From Callorhinchus milii (Eukaryota), in contig NW_024704742.1 in NCBI RefSeq assembly GCF_018977255.1, forward strand, positions 4,280,001-4,344,000: DNA of 64,000 nucleotides, written 5' to 3'. The position numbers were made by a program, and so were the translations under genes. Shown in pieces: positions 10,707 through 23,756 of the stretch. The notes below the pieces were generated by a model that saw nothing but the letters and a program-made list of their open reading frames with translations, had not been told where the DNA came from and made no database searches. How positions within the stretch are numbered: position 1 is the stretch's first letter; every line of letters begins with the position of its first letter.

Positions 10707-12890
10707 ATTTTGCAAACAGGTAATCCTTAAATTAAGAGAATCAGATATCAGAGAATAGGAAAAGAAACGATTCGTGGCAGTTCTCGGCGAGTGAAAAGCC
10801 ACGCAGAGAGAAATGCAGAAAGATAATGCTTAGGGGAGAGGTGGGTGGGGGGGCTGGGGGGGGGTCTGAGAAGTCAAAATAATCCTTTAATATATGTGAA
10901 CGCTTCCGGGTGAAGGCAGTCAATACCTCGTAAAGGTACACAGATTAGACAAACGTGCGACACGGGCACTGACTGGCAAAAGGCTGCAGTGTCACCTGCA
11001 GTCCTTACCCTCAGGGGTACAGCAAACCTCTTTATTTTTTTTTTTTGGGGGGGGGTTAGATCTGCAGGAAATGGAAGCCTTGGGGGGGGGGGGGGGGTGG
11101 GGGGGGACTTGGAAACTGCATCTTTTCTTTTGTGGTTTCCTGGTCAGACTGCACAACCATTGCCATTGAGGGCACACAGTGAGCATCTGAGAGAAACAAA
11201 AGTGAACTGGTGTAATGAGGGTTAGATACAAGGCTGACACACTCAGTGTACACACACACACACACCTACACACACACACACACACACCTATACACCTACA
11301 GGTACAGACTGAGACGCAATCAGGGCGACAGTCATACACACAGTTGCAGAAAACACGAGGAAATTCAGACATGCCCATCGCTGGGCACAGGGGCTGGCAA
11401 TACTTGCACACCAACACCCCACCCCACACACACACACCACACACACACACCACACACACCACACACCACACACAGACCCACAGGTGGGAAACATCTGTGC
11501 ACAGTTACACCAAGTCAAAGGCACAGCGTTTACCAGAGCTCACGTGTGTCGTGCGCCACAGAGTCCATGCGAAATAATGAGTATTTTTGAATGCAATACC
11601 CAATTTACGCGAGTTTAGCCTCACACTGGGACCAAACGTGGAGTTTACCCGCCCTTCAGAGGTTAACTAGGGTTAAATATTACAGTAAACAAAGTCACCA
11701 GAAGGGTAGAAAATGTGCGTGTGTGTGTATAATAAATATACATTATATGGAATATATATATATATATATCTGTAGCCTCTCAAGAATGAACCAACATAAC
11801 ACTAACCCTTGTGCTAAGATTGCGAGCAGCAAACACTCCAGTAACAAACCGACGGGATTTCCGAGGAGCAAAGCTACTCCAAAGCCCTTAAAGGACAAAT
11901 CATATTTCAGGGACGTGTGAGGTTTTTTCCCCCCCCCCAAAAAAAAAAGAGAGAGAGAAAGAAAGAAAGAAAGAAAGAAAGATGCAGATAGAGAGTCTTG
12001 AGAGGGTGGTGTCAGGACGATAAAGGTCAGTTACTACTGCAAGTAAATTGCACCCTCTCTTACTCTCTCTCTCTCTCTTACTCTCTCTCTCTTACTCTCT
12101 CTCTCTCTCTTACTCTCTCCCTCTCTCTTACTCTCTCTCTCTCTCTCTCTTTTTCCTCTCTCAGTGGGTGTGGAGGTGTCACTGGGGCACAGGAGCTGCA
12201 TTGCAAACTTTTTTTCTTTTTTTGGGGGGGTGGGCTTTTACTTAATCCTGCAAAGTTTTTTTTTGGGTGGGGAGGGGGGGGGAGGATTTGGGATTCAACA
12301 CACACCTGCGCACACTTTATTATTTTTCCAGCCCCCCCCCCACACCTTTTTTTTTTCAGTTGAGCACTGGATCAGAACTTTTGGTCCCTGAAGGGGACAA
12401 TAAACGTCTCCAGTCCGGTTTGAGAGCATTTCAAGGCAAGAATTACCCACTGGGAAATTCTGGCAGGGATTGGGGTCTGAAAGGAGCGCAATCCTTCTCA
12501 AATAAACCTTCAGCTAAAAAAAAAAAGTCAAAAAAAAAAACCGACGACGTGTTATAAATGCACCACTTTTTTTTTTTTGGTTGGGTGGGGGGATAAGGGG
12601 GTCATAACTAGCAATAAATAGTCCCAACCCGCTCCCAGTGAGGCAGAGAGCAACATTGCATCGGTGGTTAAGGAATGAGCCGTCAATTCTGGGGACGTGG
12701 GACATAATAACAGCACATAACGGGCAAGAACTGGGGGTGCGGGGGGGTGGGGGGGAATAAAAATATATATAGATAGAAACATACTCGTCTCTCTGAACTA
12801 CTTAAGATCATAGATTTACTCAGGCTTTGGACCAGACCGTAGATCCAAAAATGAGACCAGCCCTGGTCACGAATTTGTGTGCAATGTTCA

Positions 12891-13050
12891 TGGCATTTCG
12901 ATACAGCGCCTGATCACATCTCCCAGACGTCCGAAAGCGCTTCACGGGATATACGGTAAAGTGAATCGACTGTATATTTTGTGGGACCGAACGCGGCGGC
13001 CAATTGCGCACAGAGGTGTCCCCACGAACAGTGACCATATTATTATCATT
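12891..13050 (-). mobile_element. SINE 3' fragment, CpG-rich copy
   Basis: Collinear with the shared SINE tail (AAAGCGCTTCAC, GTAAAGTGAAT, GCCAATTGCGCACAG). Confidence 0.8.
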
Positions 13051-13458
13051 ATTAACTGTATGTGCACTGGGGCTGGAAGGCGCAGACCACCATATTTTGT
13101 ACATTTTGTGTTTTGTCCCAATATCGCTGTGTTTTCCGTGTTATTTAGAGGCAATTTGCAACATAATATGCCATTGCGAATGCTGTGCGCCGTAACGCGA
13201 GGCTTAACGTTGGATTTCGAGACCGAGTGTAACCCTCAGTGAGGTGTTTTGGGTGAAAATCCAGGGAAAGTTACAATAAAAGATATACTGACCCCAATTG
13301 ACCACCAACACCCCCCCCCCCACCCCACCCCCCAGTCAGATTGCAAGAGGTAAACTTGTCCTTTAATGGAGTGACTCAGCAGAAGTCAGTCCAACATGAG
13401 TTATTCATTTCTATCAATCCTTGTTATTGTACTAATTATCAGTCAATTCGCTCGTTAC

Positions 13459-13860
13459 TAGTAAATTAGGATATCAGGAAATTAGGATATTAGTGAATTA
13501 GGATATTAGTAAATTAGGGTATTAGTAAATTAGGATATTAGTAAATTAGGGTATTAGTAAATTAGGATATTAGTAAATTAGGATATTAGTAAATTAGGAT
13601 ATTAGTAAATTAGGGTATTAGTAAATTAGGATATTAGTAAATTAGGGTATTAGTAAATTAGGATATTAGTAAATTAGGATATTAGTAAATTAGGGTATTA
13701 GTAAATTAGGATATTAGTAAATTGGGATGTTACTAGTAAATTATATTATTAGCAAATCAGGAGGTTACTAGTAAATTAGGATATTAGTAAATTAGGATAT
13801 TGGTAAATTAGGATATCAGTAAATTAGGATATCAGTAAATTAGGATATTAGTAAATCAGG
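13459..13860. repeat. 16-bp minisatellite (TAGTAAATTAGGRTAT), about 25 copies
   Basis: Tandem units read directly, degenerate at both ends. Confidence 0.95.
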
Positions 13861-15094
13861 AATGTGACTTTACTAATCATTCCATAATGAACTCACAGTT
13901 ACTCAGTGCTTCGCGCGTTGCTTAAAAATCCGCTCTGGATCCGCTCAAAAACGAGCGTCGCCCCAGAAAAACCCGGTGAGGAGCTGCGCCAAACGGACCA
14001 GAGGGTTCCCCGAAATATTCAACCGGTCAGTGCAGAATTTCCTGGGACTCCCCATTACCCCTCAACTTCCATCGACTGATTTCCCACATCAGACGCGAAG
14101 GACTCGTGTGTGTGTGTGTGTGAAAAAAAACCCACTGCCAGAGATCGATGTGTGACTTGGACAGACAGAGAAAACATTCAGTCAAATAAATGGACCAAAT
14201 AGTACAGGAGGAAAGGGAATCAGAGTTAGTTGTGTCCTGATCTCCTGTCCCTTATAGTGGGGATTTATATTTATACATTTATATTTATATTTAGAGAGAG
14301 AGAGAGAGAGAGAGAGGGGTCGCAATATTGCAGCCAATGTTCACTGAGTCAGTGCTCAGCTCTCTCTCTCTCCCTCTCTCAGCAACTCCCTGACCGGTTG
14401 CAATGTCTTTCTTTTCCTTCCTTCAGGGACCTCTTCCCCCTTTTCTTTTAATTGGGACTTTTCTGGCAAGTTCCCTTCCTTTCGGGCAAAGCCCAGGAAA
14501 AAAAGAAAAAAAAAACAAAAAAACTTGCTCCCCTCCTGCAAAAGGTTTTTTTTTTTTTTTTTTTGTTTTTTTTGCGCGTTTCGGTTCCTTTCCTCCTGGA
14601 CGTTTAAAACCGTGTGAGACAGTATTTGCGGGAGAATTATTTCAGGTCAGAAATTCTTAACCCATCACCATCCAAATGCACTTCCCCCCCCACCAAAAAA
14701 AATAACTGCTATGTGTGTGTTTTGCAGAGGGCACTCACACATATAATTACAAATGAGGTTGTCATTGTGATTTTATATAAATGCTACAAATAGCGATTTA
14801 TGTATTGGGGAACGTGTTATTACAGTCAAGTTATCTCTCAGCTATTATTCCGTTTAACGATACAAATAAGACTGGAGGGAGGGATGTGTTACTGTGAATC
14901 TCTGCTCCACGTTTAAACCTTCATTTCTGTGGGAAACTCCATTTTATTCACACAGGAATTATTATTTTTTTTGGGGGGGGGAGTGGGAGGGTTTGTTTCT
15001 TTTTTTTTCTCCCCCACTCGACTCACATCCATCACTCAGTGTCTCCCAACATCTTTTCATTCTGAATTTTTTTTTTTTTTGCTGCTGCTGCACC

Positions 15095-15449
15095 AGGGAA
15101 AGGGGGAAGAGAGAGAGAGAGAGAGGCAGAGAGAAAGGGGGAGATAGGGAGAGGGAGAGGGACAGAGAGAGGGGGAGAGAGATAGAGAGGGAGAGGAGAG
15201 AGGGAGGGAGGGAGGGAGAGAGACAGAAAGAGGGGGAGAGAGACAGAAAGAGGGGGAGAGAGGCAGAGAGAGAGATGGAGAGGGAGAGGGAGGGAGAGAG
15301 AGAGAGAGAGAGGGAGACAGAGAGAAAGAGGGAGACAGAGAGAAAGAGAGAGAGAGAGAGAGGAAGAGGAGAGAGGGAGGGAGGGAGAGAGAGGGAGAGA
15401 GATACAGAGAGAGAGAGAGAAAGATAAGGAGGGAGGGAAGGAGAGAGGG
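15095..15449. repeat. Polypurine (GA/GGGA)n tract
   Basis: Directly visible. Confidence 0.9.
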
Positions 15450-16180
15450 CTTTTAAAGGTCATTTCCCCTCCGAATTATTTACCTGCTGTACAGACACCG
15501 CTCTGGGAACCTTTCTGCAGCTAATTTGTTTCATTTGTCACAGAGGATCTGTCAGCATCTCAAAAGGGCACCGCTCCCCCCCACTCCCCCCCTCCCCACC
15601 CCCTCCCCACATCAGTTACACAGCATCTCAGAGCTCTCTCACTGCTAACTTATTTAAATCAATCAGGGGGGGGGGGGGGGGGGGAACACACCCCATCCTC
15701 GCCACAGACTTGCACAGGCACAGGAGAGTAAAACTGACACCCCCCCCCCCCCCACGCCCCCCACCCCACAACAAAAAAAAGAGGGGAAATCTGCAGACTT
15801 TGGGTTTTTGTTTGTTTGCAAAAGCCCAAATGTCCCCCCAATCTCGATTTGAAAAGGACCTTTGAATCGGGAATGGCTGCAATGGCATTGCTACTCCCTG
15901 TAGCTGTCGGGATGGTTGGATTCCAGGTTTTATTCAGAGCTTTTTAAACGTGGCAATGAGGGGTGAGATTCCAGCAACGCTTCCAGCAGTGAATCCCAAT
16001 CCCAACCACTGGGACTCTGCTGAAGGTGTCCTCTGGTCTCGGTGACTTGTGTCATGTCAATCAGTCTGATGTTTTTTTATCCTGGTGGGGAGCTTTCAGT
16101 CCCTTCTGGGTTATCAGAGCTCTGCTTTCACAGTCAGGAACCAATAACTAGCGATCGATCGATGGATCGATGGATCGATT

Positions 16181-16660
16181 ACTCACTCAGTCACTCACTC
16201 AGTCAGTCAGTCAGTCAGTCACTCAGTCACTCACTCACTCAGTGCATCAGTCAGTGCATCAGTCAGTCAGTCAGTCAGTCAGTCAGTCAGTCAGTCAGTC
16301 ACTCACTCACTCACTCACTCACTCACTCACTCACTCACTCACTCACTCACTCACGCACTCACGCACTCACGCACTCACTCACTCACTCAGTACATCAGTC
16401 AGTCAGTCAGTCAGTCAGTCAGTCACTCACTCACTCACTCACTCACTCACTCACTCACTCACTCACTCACTCACTCACTCACTCACTCACTCACTCAGTA
16501 CATCAGTCAGTCAGTCAGTCAGTCAGTCAGTCACTCACTCACTCACTCACTCACTCACTCACTCAGTACACCAGTCACTCACTACTTCAGTCACTCACTG
16601 CATCAGTCAGTCACTCAGTCACTCAATCAATCAGTTGTTCAGTCAATCAATGAATCAGTC
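16181..16660. repeat. Compound (TCAC)n/(TCAG)n tetranucleotide microsatellite
   Basis: Alternating blocks joined by CAGTACATCAG or CAGTGCATCAG linkers. Confidence 0.95.
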
Positions 16661-16931
16661 AGAAAAGGGGAACATGTCTGGATCCCGAGGTATTGCCTGT
16701 CCCAGACTCGGGGCAGATTGTTCAAACGCTGATGATCAATTTGCATCGTGTACTTGTGAATGGAAGATGTCAGAAGGACCATCCATTGCCTGTGCTTATG
16801 GCTGTGATCGCATGGGAGGTCTGGGGGGTCCGAATTCAAGCTCCTCTTCACTTTAATCTCTTTCTGCGCCTGTGTGAATGGTGGGGGGTGGTGGAGGGTG
16901 GAGGTGTTTGTATGTATGTGTGTGTGTGTCA

Positions 16932-17022
16932 CTCTCTATCCTTGCCCCCCCACCCCCTCTCTATCCTTGCCCCCCCCTCTCTATCCTTGCCCCCCCACCC
17001 TCTCTATCCTTGCCCCCCTCTC
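16932..17022. repeat. Short tandem repeat CTCTCTATCCTTGCCCCCC(CACC), 4 copies
   Basis: Directly visible. Confidence 0.85.
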
Positions 17023-17880
17023 TGGTAGAATAGGAGTTGACTGCCTACATTCAGGACTTTTTGCTGCGGCTCGTGGTTTCTTGTTGGTCCTCATATATAT
17101 TTGTCCATTCCAAATGTTTTTAAGAAACCGAGTCTAGAAAGAATGGGGTTTTTTTTCAAACTGGGAGTTCAGAGCGGTTATCCGCAGAATCGTCTCACAC
17201 CTGATTGCAAATCGTGCAACAAATTCAGTGGGTCCAAACATAATTTGTGTTTCTGGCTGTTTCCGTGTGATTCCCTATTTTCTTATATAAAAAAATCCAA
17301 CACTAAATACTGAAACAGAGGGGTAAAACACTAAAGCCATCCCCAGCCAACATCAATAGGAACCCTGAGTATAACCATTTAAACTGTGTCAGGAGACCAA
17401 AACCAGAGGAATAGTTGGTAAAGCTCCACTCGTTTATCCAATGACTCAAAGCTCACCTCTGATCCTTTTTTGATGCAGTTCATGTAGACATATTTTTTTT
17501 ACATGTTTATCAGAAAAGTGTAAATGTGCCCGCTGCTTAGTTTTCATTTTTTTTAACATCCGACGGACAATGTTTACAAAATGATTGAGTTGCTGTCTTG
17601 GCTTTAAGGTATGATTTTAAAGTCTATTCTTTCATCACTTTGTTTCTCTCTCCATTTCCCTTGGTATCACCTTTCCTCTTTGCTTTCTGTCCGCCTGGAT
17701 CTCCTTCACGTAATTGTTGAAGTGCCAAGTTCAGATTTTGCCTGAATTGACACTATCTTCCCAACCATTTCTGATGTAGACAGGCCTGAGGGCAACAGTG
17801 GAGGGAAATGGCAGTGCCTAAGTTTGTAGGATAACAGTGAGATTGGGGATAACATTATGTTTGGGATTGCAGGCAGGCAA

Positions 17881-17976
17881 CAATTCACTTTACAGTATAT
17901 TCTGTGAAGCGCTTTGGGACGTCTAGAAGACGTGAAAAGCGCTATATCAAATGCAAGGATTATTATTATTATTATT
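17881..17976 (+). mobile_element. SINE 3' tail fragment
   Basis: CAATTCACTTTACAGTATATTCTGTGAAGCGCTTTG...AAATGCAAGGA(TTA)n. Confidence 0.85.
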
Positions 17977-18819
17977 AATGTGGTGCAGGGAGCAGCACTT
18001 CAGTGAACCAAACAGGGTCACCACTTGTCCCCCCCTTACTGGAGATCTGATGCCTCCTTAGGTCTATGGTTTACACTCAGTCAGAGCACACTGAGGCTTC
18101 ATGATAGACTGACACCGTGATTAAAAAAAAATTCTCCTTTACTTGACCTACTCCATCAAAACCCCAAGTCATATTAGGACTAGGTTCCCTCATCAGTCAC
18201 CAGAGATTTAAACAGTGATTAGTAAAGTTAATGTCATGTAAATGGAACACTATATGTTTATATATGTATAATATATATTCAGTTTGAGAATCTAGGTGAA
18301 GGCCTCATGTTCACCGTGTAGTGCATTACCAAGGTTGAAAAGAGTCCAAGAGAACAGCAGGAGATAATATTTTATCTGGTATATTTTTTGATCAGATACT
18401 TTTTTCTTGTCTCTGTTCTCTCTCTGGGATCTATGTGTATTTACTATACAGTCCACCCTGGATATTTATATTCACATTGCCAGCCCTGTGAGCCCAGACA
18501 AATTGTAGCACCCCTATTGATTCCTGAGGAGACTCAACCAATTCAACACAGATTGAGGATTGAACCTGGGAACTTCCAAATTTAAATGAGACAGTTTCAC
18601 ACAGGCCAGTCACTTTATCAGCTGAGTTTTCAGTATAATATCACTTCCCCTTCTGTGAAGACATTGGGCGAGTCTCTGGTATCACATAGTCTGTGATCAG
18701 ACATAAACTTTTTAAAACTTTCATGCCACGAGACTCAAATCACTTTGTTTATCTGTTAGGAATTAATTGGCGAATGCTTATCATGTTTTGTATTATATAG
18801 TGTGTATGTATGTACATGT

Positions 18820-19170
18820 GGTCCTGTAGCTTAGTAGTTAGGGCACTCGCCTGACAAGCAAGAGACCTGGGTTCCCAGGCCGGGAGAAACGTTGGGAAAA
18901 TTTCCTTACTCCACATACCTCTAGCAGTAAGTAGGAACCCAGTTGTTAGTTGATTGGCGGATCGCTTTTCCAGAAGTAATAATTCTTCAAAAAAACAATA
19001 AGTTGGTCAGTCAGTCCACGACTGTTTGTGGGACGCTGCAGTGTGCAATTGGCTGTCGGGTTTCTTCCACAAAATATACAGTCAATTCACTTTACAGTAT
19101 ATTCTGTGAGGCGCTTTGAGATGTCGCGAAGACGCGATAAGTTGCTATATCAAATGTAAGGATTATTATT
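18820..19170 (+). mobile_element. tRNA-derived SINE, family A, near full length
   Basis: Head GGTCCTGTAGCTTAGT, shared body, tail AAATGTAAGGA(TTA)n. GTATGTATGTA occurs on both flanks (possible TSD). Confidence 0.9.
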
Positions 19171-19953
19171 AGTATGTATGTAGCTTTTTTTTAAAAAAGT
19201 GTGAGACTGAATGTTTGTCCCTCTCCCTTACCTTTGCTACCATTGCAGCTACTTCCACTTGGTTCCTGTTGATGTTCCAGGAGCTCTTCTCCATTTTACT
19301 GTCTCTCATCTATAACATCTTGCTGTGTTAGACACGCAAGAGCAGAAGCGAAAAATATATCTTAAAAATTTAAAAATGTTAAAAAAAGGGAAGACAGGAG
19401 GAAAAGGATTGTTTTTGTGCTTAAAATACTGTAGTTATCCGGGAAGAGGATAATGAATATGGTATAACAAAGGCTTTACTGCCTGAAAATACGTTTTTAA
19501 AGTTCGGTGAGAACATTTTACAATTTCAACAATGCAATTTCAACAGCTTGCGCTTACAGCACATGTGCTAAGAAACATTGAAACAGGAGAACTAAATTGA
19601 AAGGAAGTAACTAAAAAAAATGGGGGACTTATAAGGCAAAGCACAGCAAGTATATTTGTGCCTTATTTAAGATATTCCAGGGAAAACATTTTATGACAAC
19701 CGTGACGTGGCTGTTTATTGCTATACCCATCTTCCAGATATTTTGTCTGTGCTATTAGTTGATGGAAGCCAAAAAAAAAGGCAAAGAACCAGATCTCATT
19801 GAGTCTGAAATTCACGTACTGTACTGCTCATTTTCCTTCCCACCTTCCCGTTATCAGTTGTCAAGCCTCTACGTATTATGCCTCCACTCTCTGAAACTTC
19901 CTTATTCTTGTTCCATCTCTCTCTGCTTTCAAAACCCTGTTACAAACAGTTCA

Positions 19954-20300
19954 GGGTCTTGTAGCTTAGCGTTCAGAGCACTCGCCTCGCAAGCGAGAGG
20001 ACCTGGGTTCGATTCCCTGCACGGCGAAACGTTTCGCAAGTTTCTTTACTCCACGCGCCTCTGTTTACCTCGCAGTAAGTAGGAATCGGCTATTAGTTGA
20101 TTGACGGATTGCTTTTCTGGGAGTAATAATCCCTTCAAAAAAAAAAAAATTTGGTCACTCAATCTACCACCCTTTGTGGGACACTGCATTTCACCCACAA
20201 AACGTACAGTCAATTCACTTTATAGTATATGCTGTGAAGTGCTTTGAGATGTCTCGAAGAAGCGATAAAGGGCTATATCAAATGCAAGGATTAGTATTAT
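19954..20300 (+). mobile_element. tRNA-derived SINE, family A, full length
   Basis: tRNA-Ala-like head with B box GGTTCGATTCC. Same body and tail as the other copies. Confidence 0.9.
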
Positions 20301-20351
20301 CTATTTGACCGTACACATTCAAAAATTCTCCTTCCTCTCCTCTCTGCTCAG

Positions 20352-20537
20352 TGAGAGAAGGAGTTTCTCCCTGTATTCTGGCCAACAATCCCCCAAATAA
20401 AATCGGTCATTCACGTCACGGCTGTTTGTGGGCAAATTGGCTGACGAGTTCACATACAAACACACAGTCACTACACTTCTCAGGAAAAAATCTTAACGAC
20501 GTGATAAGGTGCTATATCAAATGCAAGGATCATTATA
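20352..20537 (+). mobile_element. Deu-domain SINE, 3' half
   Basis: GAGTTTCTCCCTGTATTCTGGCCAACAATCCCC plus tail. Confidence 0.75.
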
Positions 20538-20846
20538 ACATCAGGAAATAAAATAAAACATGTTGCGAAATGAAACATAACATCCTCTATTGCCTGAAGT
20601 ATAAAACATAACCGGATAAATATTTTAAACACAAAATTCATCTTTTTCCTCAGTTATCTCCTCCATGCTGGATTCAGCCAATTAGCAAGTAATTGACTAG
20701 TGATGTGATTAGCGATGTTACCGCTGCAGAAATAAGAAAAGTCAAACACAGAACTCTTCCTCCTCCCCTACACCGGCTCATTCCGTTCCTATTGATAGCC
20801 AAAGAAAGAAAAACATGTCCCTGAGGTTTTACCACTTTGAAAATAA

Positions 20847-21368
<522 letters not shown>

Positions 21369-22265
21369 TAAACGCTAACGCTCTCGCTTTTGAAACAGAA
21401 ATCCCCCCCCCCCCCCACCCACCCCCGCCCACCTGCTATGCAAACGCGGTAACCCCCCCACCGTACCGCACGCACGCCACGTCCTCTGAGCCAAATCGGC
21501 AGTGATAATTACGGTGCAAGAAGGCTCCCGCATTTTGACCTCCTCTGATCAGAAGGAAGGCGATGCAAAAGCTGGAGGTTGCCAAGAAAAGTGAAACCCC
21601 GCGGGGGTTTCACTGAAAGAAAATTCTAAAGGGCGAAAATCTAAGAGAAGTACGGTTCATGTGTTACTTGCGTGAGTCTGACCCATTACTCACAACAACA
21701 ACAACAACAACTTGCATTTATATAGCGCCCTTCGAGTGGGGTAGTGTTCCGGAGAGCTTGATACGTTACACGGGGACAAACAAAGAAAATTGCACAGTTA
21801 AATTCTTCTGTCGCAAATACTTTTATGAAGCTGTACAACCCTAATCGCCAAAAGCTGACTCACAAACAACACAGGAGCCACTTTGCTTAGAACCGCTCTT
21901 CAGTATTTTTTTTTTCGTCCTTGTTTTTCCTTCGTATCTTCATGCCATCTTTACTTTGAAATCATACTCAATTGAATTTAAAGGAGGTTTAAATTTCGCA
22001 AAATTATAAATTCAAAAAAAAAACACGTCCAAGGAAAAATATTGCCCTCAATTTGGAGCTAAATGCTGTGTCGGTGGCTCACTGCACCAGCTGGTGTAAA
22101 ACGCACACCCCTGGGCTGACGCCAGATTTAGTAGTAAAACATTCTTGTTATTTTTGGCTTTTGTTAAGGTATTTTTGTAATATTTAGTGACTCTCAGCAA
22201 GGACTAAAAGTAAAAGGCCAAGGAACCAGTTAGGTTGGGAACTATGGACGTCAATGTCATTGACG

Positions 22266-22955
22266 ATAATAATAATAATTATCCTCGCATTTGATATAAA
22301 GCCTCATCACGTCGTTGAGACGTTTCAAAGCGCTTCACACGATATACTGTAACGTGTAGTGACTGTGTGTTTCGTGGGCGAAAATCGATGTCATCAGCGT
22401 GAACGTTTCCTGCTTTCCTCGGACATGTGCTCATACGTAGCTAATTTATTCAGTTGTTCAGTTGAACGCATTTCAAAATCACTTGGAGTTTTCAAAACTT
22501 CATAATTAGCTCCACCCTTCAAATACATCTGAGGATTTTCGTTTGACCTACTCTCGCTACAATTTTTGTTCCTCGCCGATTTTCTTTCCTCCCTTTCTCC
22601 AGATGTGTCAGTACCTTTGTTTTCCTTCTGCTGGGGTACTGTCCCATGTGTGTTGATCATAATCATAATCATAATAATAATCCTTGCATTTGATATAGCG
22701 CATCTTCACATCTTCGTGACGTCTCAAAGCGCTTCACAGGATACACTGTAAAGTCAATTGGCTGTATTTTGTGGACAAAATCATTGTGTTCGGTGAATGT
22801 CATTCTCTGGAATGTCACCCAATTGGCAACTAGTGTTTAAAAAAAACAACTATCTGAGTTCCTCAGCTAACCTGGACACTCAGGTTAAATGTTGTACCTC
22901 TAATAATAATAATAATAATAATCCTTGCATTTGATACAGCGCCTTATCACGCCTT
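22266..22955 (-). mobile_element. Three minus-strand SINE tail fragments (about 22266-22383, 22657-22780, 22901-22955)
   Basis: Each begins (AAT)n-TCCTYGCATTTGATA. Confidence 0.85.
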
Positions 22956-23654
22956 AATGCTGTCCTGATTGAAGTCGGCTAAACGTTGCATAGACTAGAA
23001 ATTGAACACTGTGATCTTTCCAGTCTGTGACTCAACAAGCTCACTGAATAAATCCACTGAGCCATTGGAGGAGCTTCAGATACATCCATAACACTTGAAA
23101 AAAATATAATTAAAATTCTGAGTGGCACGTGAGGGTTTCGCTGCAGAAATAAATGGACAATAATTTCTAAATTTTGGATTCATTTAATTAGAGAACACTG
23201 TAAACACAGATGGTTTTATATGTTTGCTTGACTCTATTTGGTGAACTTTCAGATTTCAGTGAACACACGACACTACATTACAATAATTACACGGTCAGCT
23301 CCCGTAGGGACAGGCACACAGTGAGGTGTTTTCCCAGGGATAGGGGAAGGCATGTGACTCCGAGCCTGACTTGCACACTCACATTACGTCACCTCCTGCC
23401 CCTCTTGCCTGAGGAACGAGGCCACAATGCGGGCAACATGACAACAGGACAGCTGAGAAAAGTACAAAGTGAACGATCCTTGCGATAAACAGCACATCTG
23501 TTTGGTATGCTACGTTGTAGGAATCGCATGTGTGGTTCCTAGTTCCGAATGAAAGGGTTAATCAGTCACTGAAAAGAAAAGTAACTGACGACACGAGATG
23601 CAGATTGTTTTGGTTTCTCACTGACTTATTCTCTTTGATGTTCCTTTGATTCAG

Positions 23655-23719
23655 GATTATTCGGACCAAGGTGCAGCAGCCCCCAAATCAACAATCTCCA
23701 GTCTCGTCTCATAGCATAG
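23655..23719 (+). CDS. pax5: Pax5 exon 4 (IIRTKVQQPPNQQSPVSSHSI)
   Basis: 65 nt, too short for the ORF track and read directly. ttcag| acceptor, G|gtgagt donor. The frame continues from exon 3. Confidence 0.95.
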
Positions 23720-23756
23720 GTGAGTCTCAACACTTCACATCTATGAGAGACAGCTC

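Noticed and set aside
13459..13860. CRISPR-like or telomeric array
   Set aside because: Head-to-tail repeats with no unique spacers in vertebrate DNA. TTAGGG appears only singly within a 16-bp unit.
16042..16856. 203 and 228 aa ORFs (SLTH/SVSQ repeats)
   Set aside because: Products of the tetranucleotide repeat.
19954..20030. tRNA-Ala gene (also at about 23757 and 59035-59106)
   Set aside because: These are SINE heads. The acceptor stem is not complementary and each continues into the SINE body.
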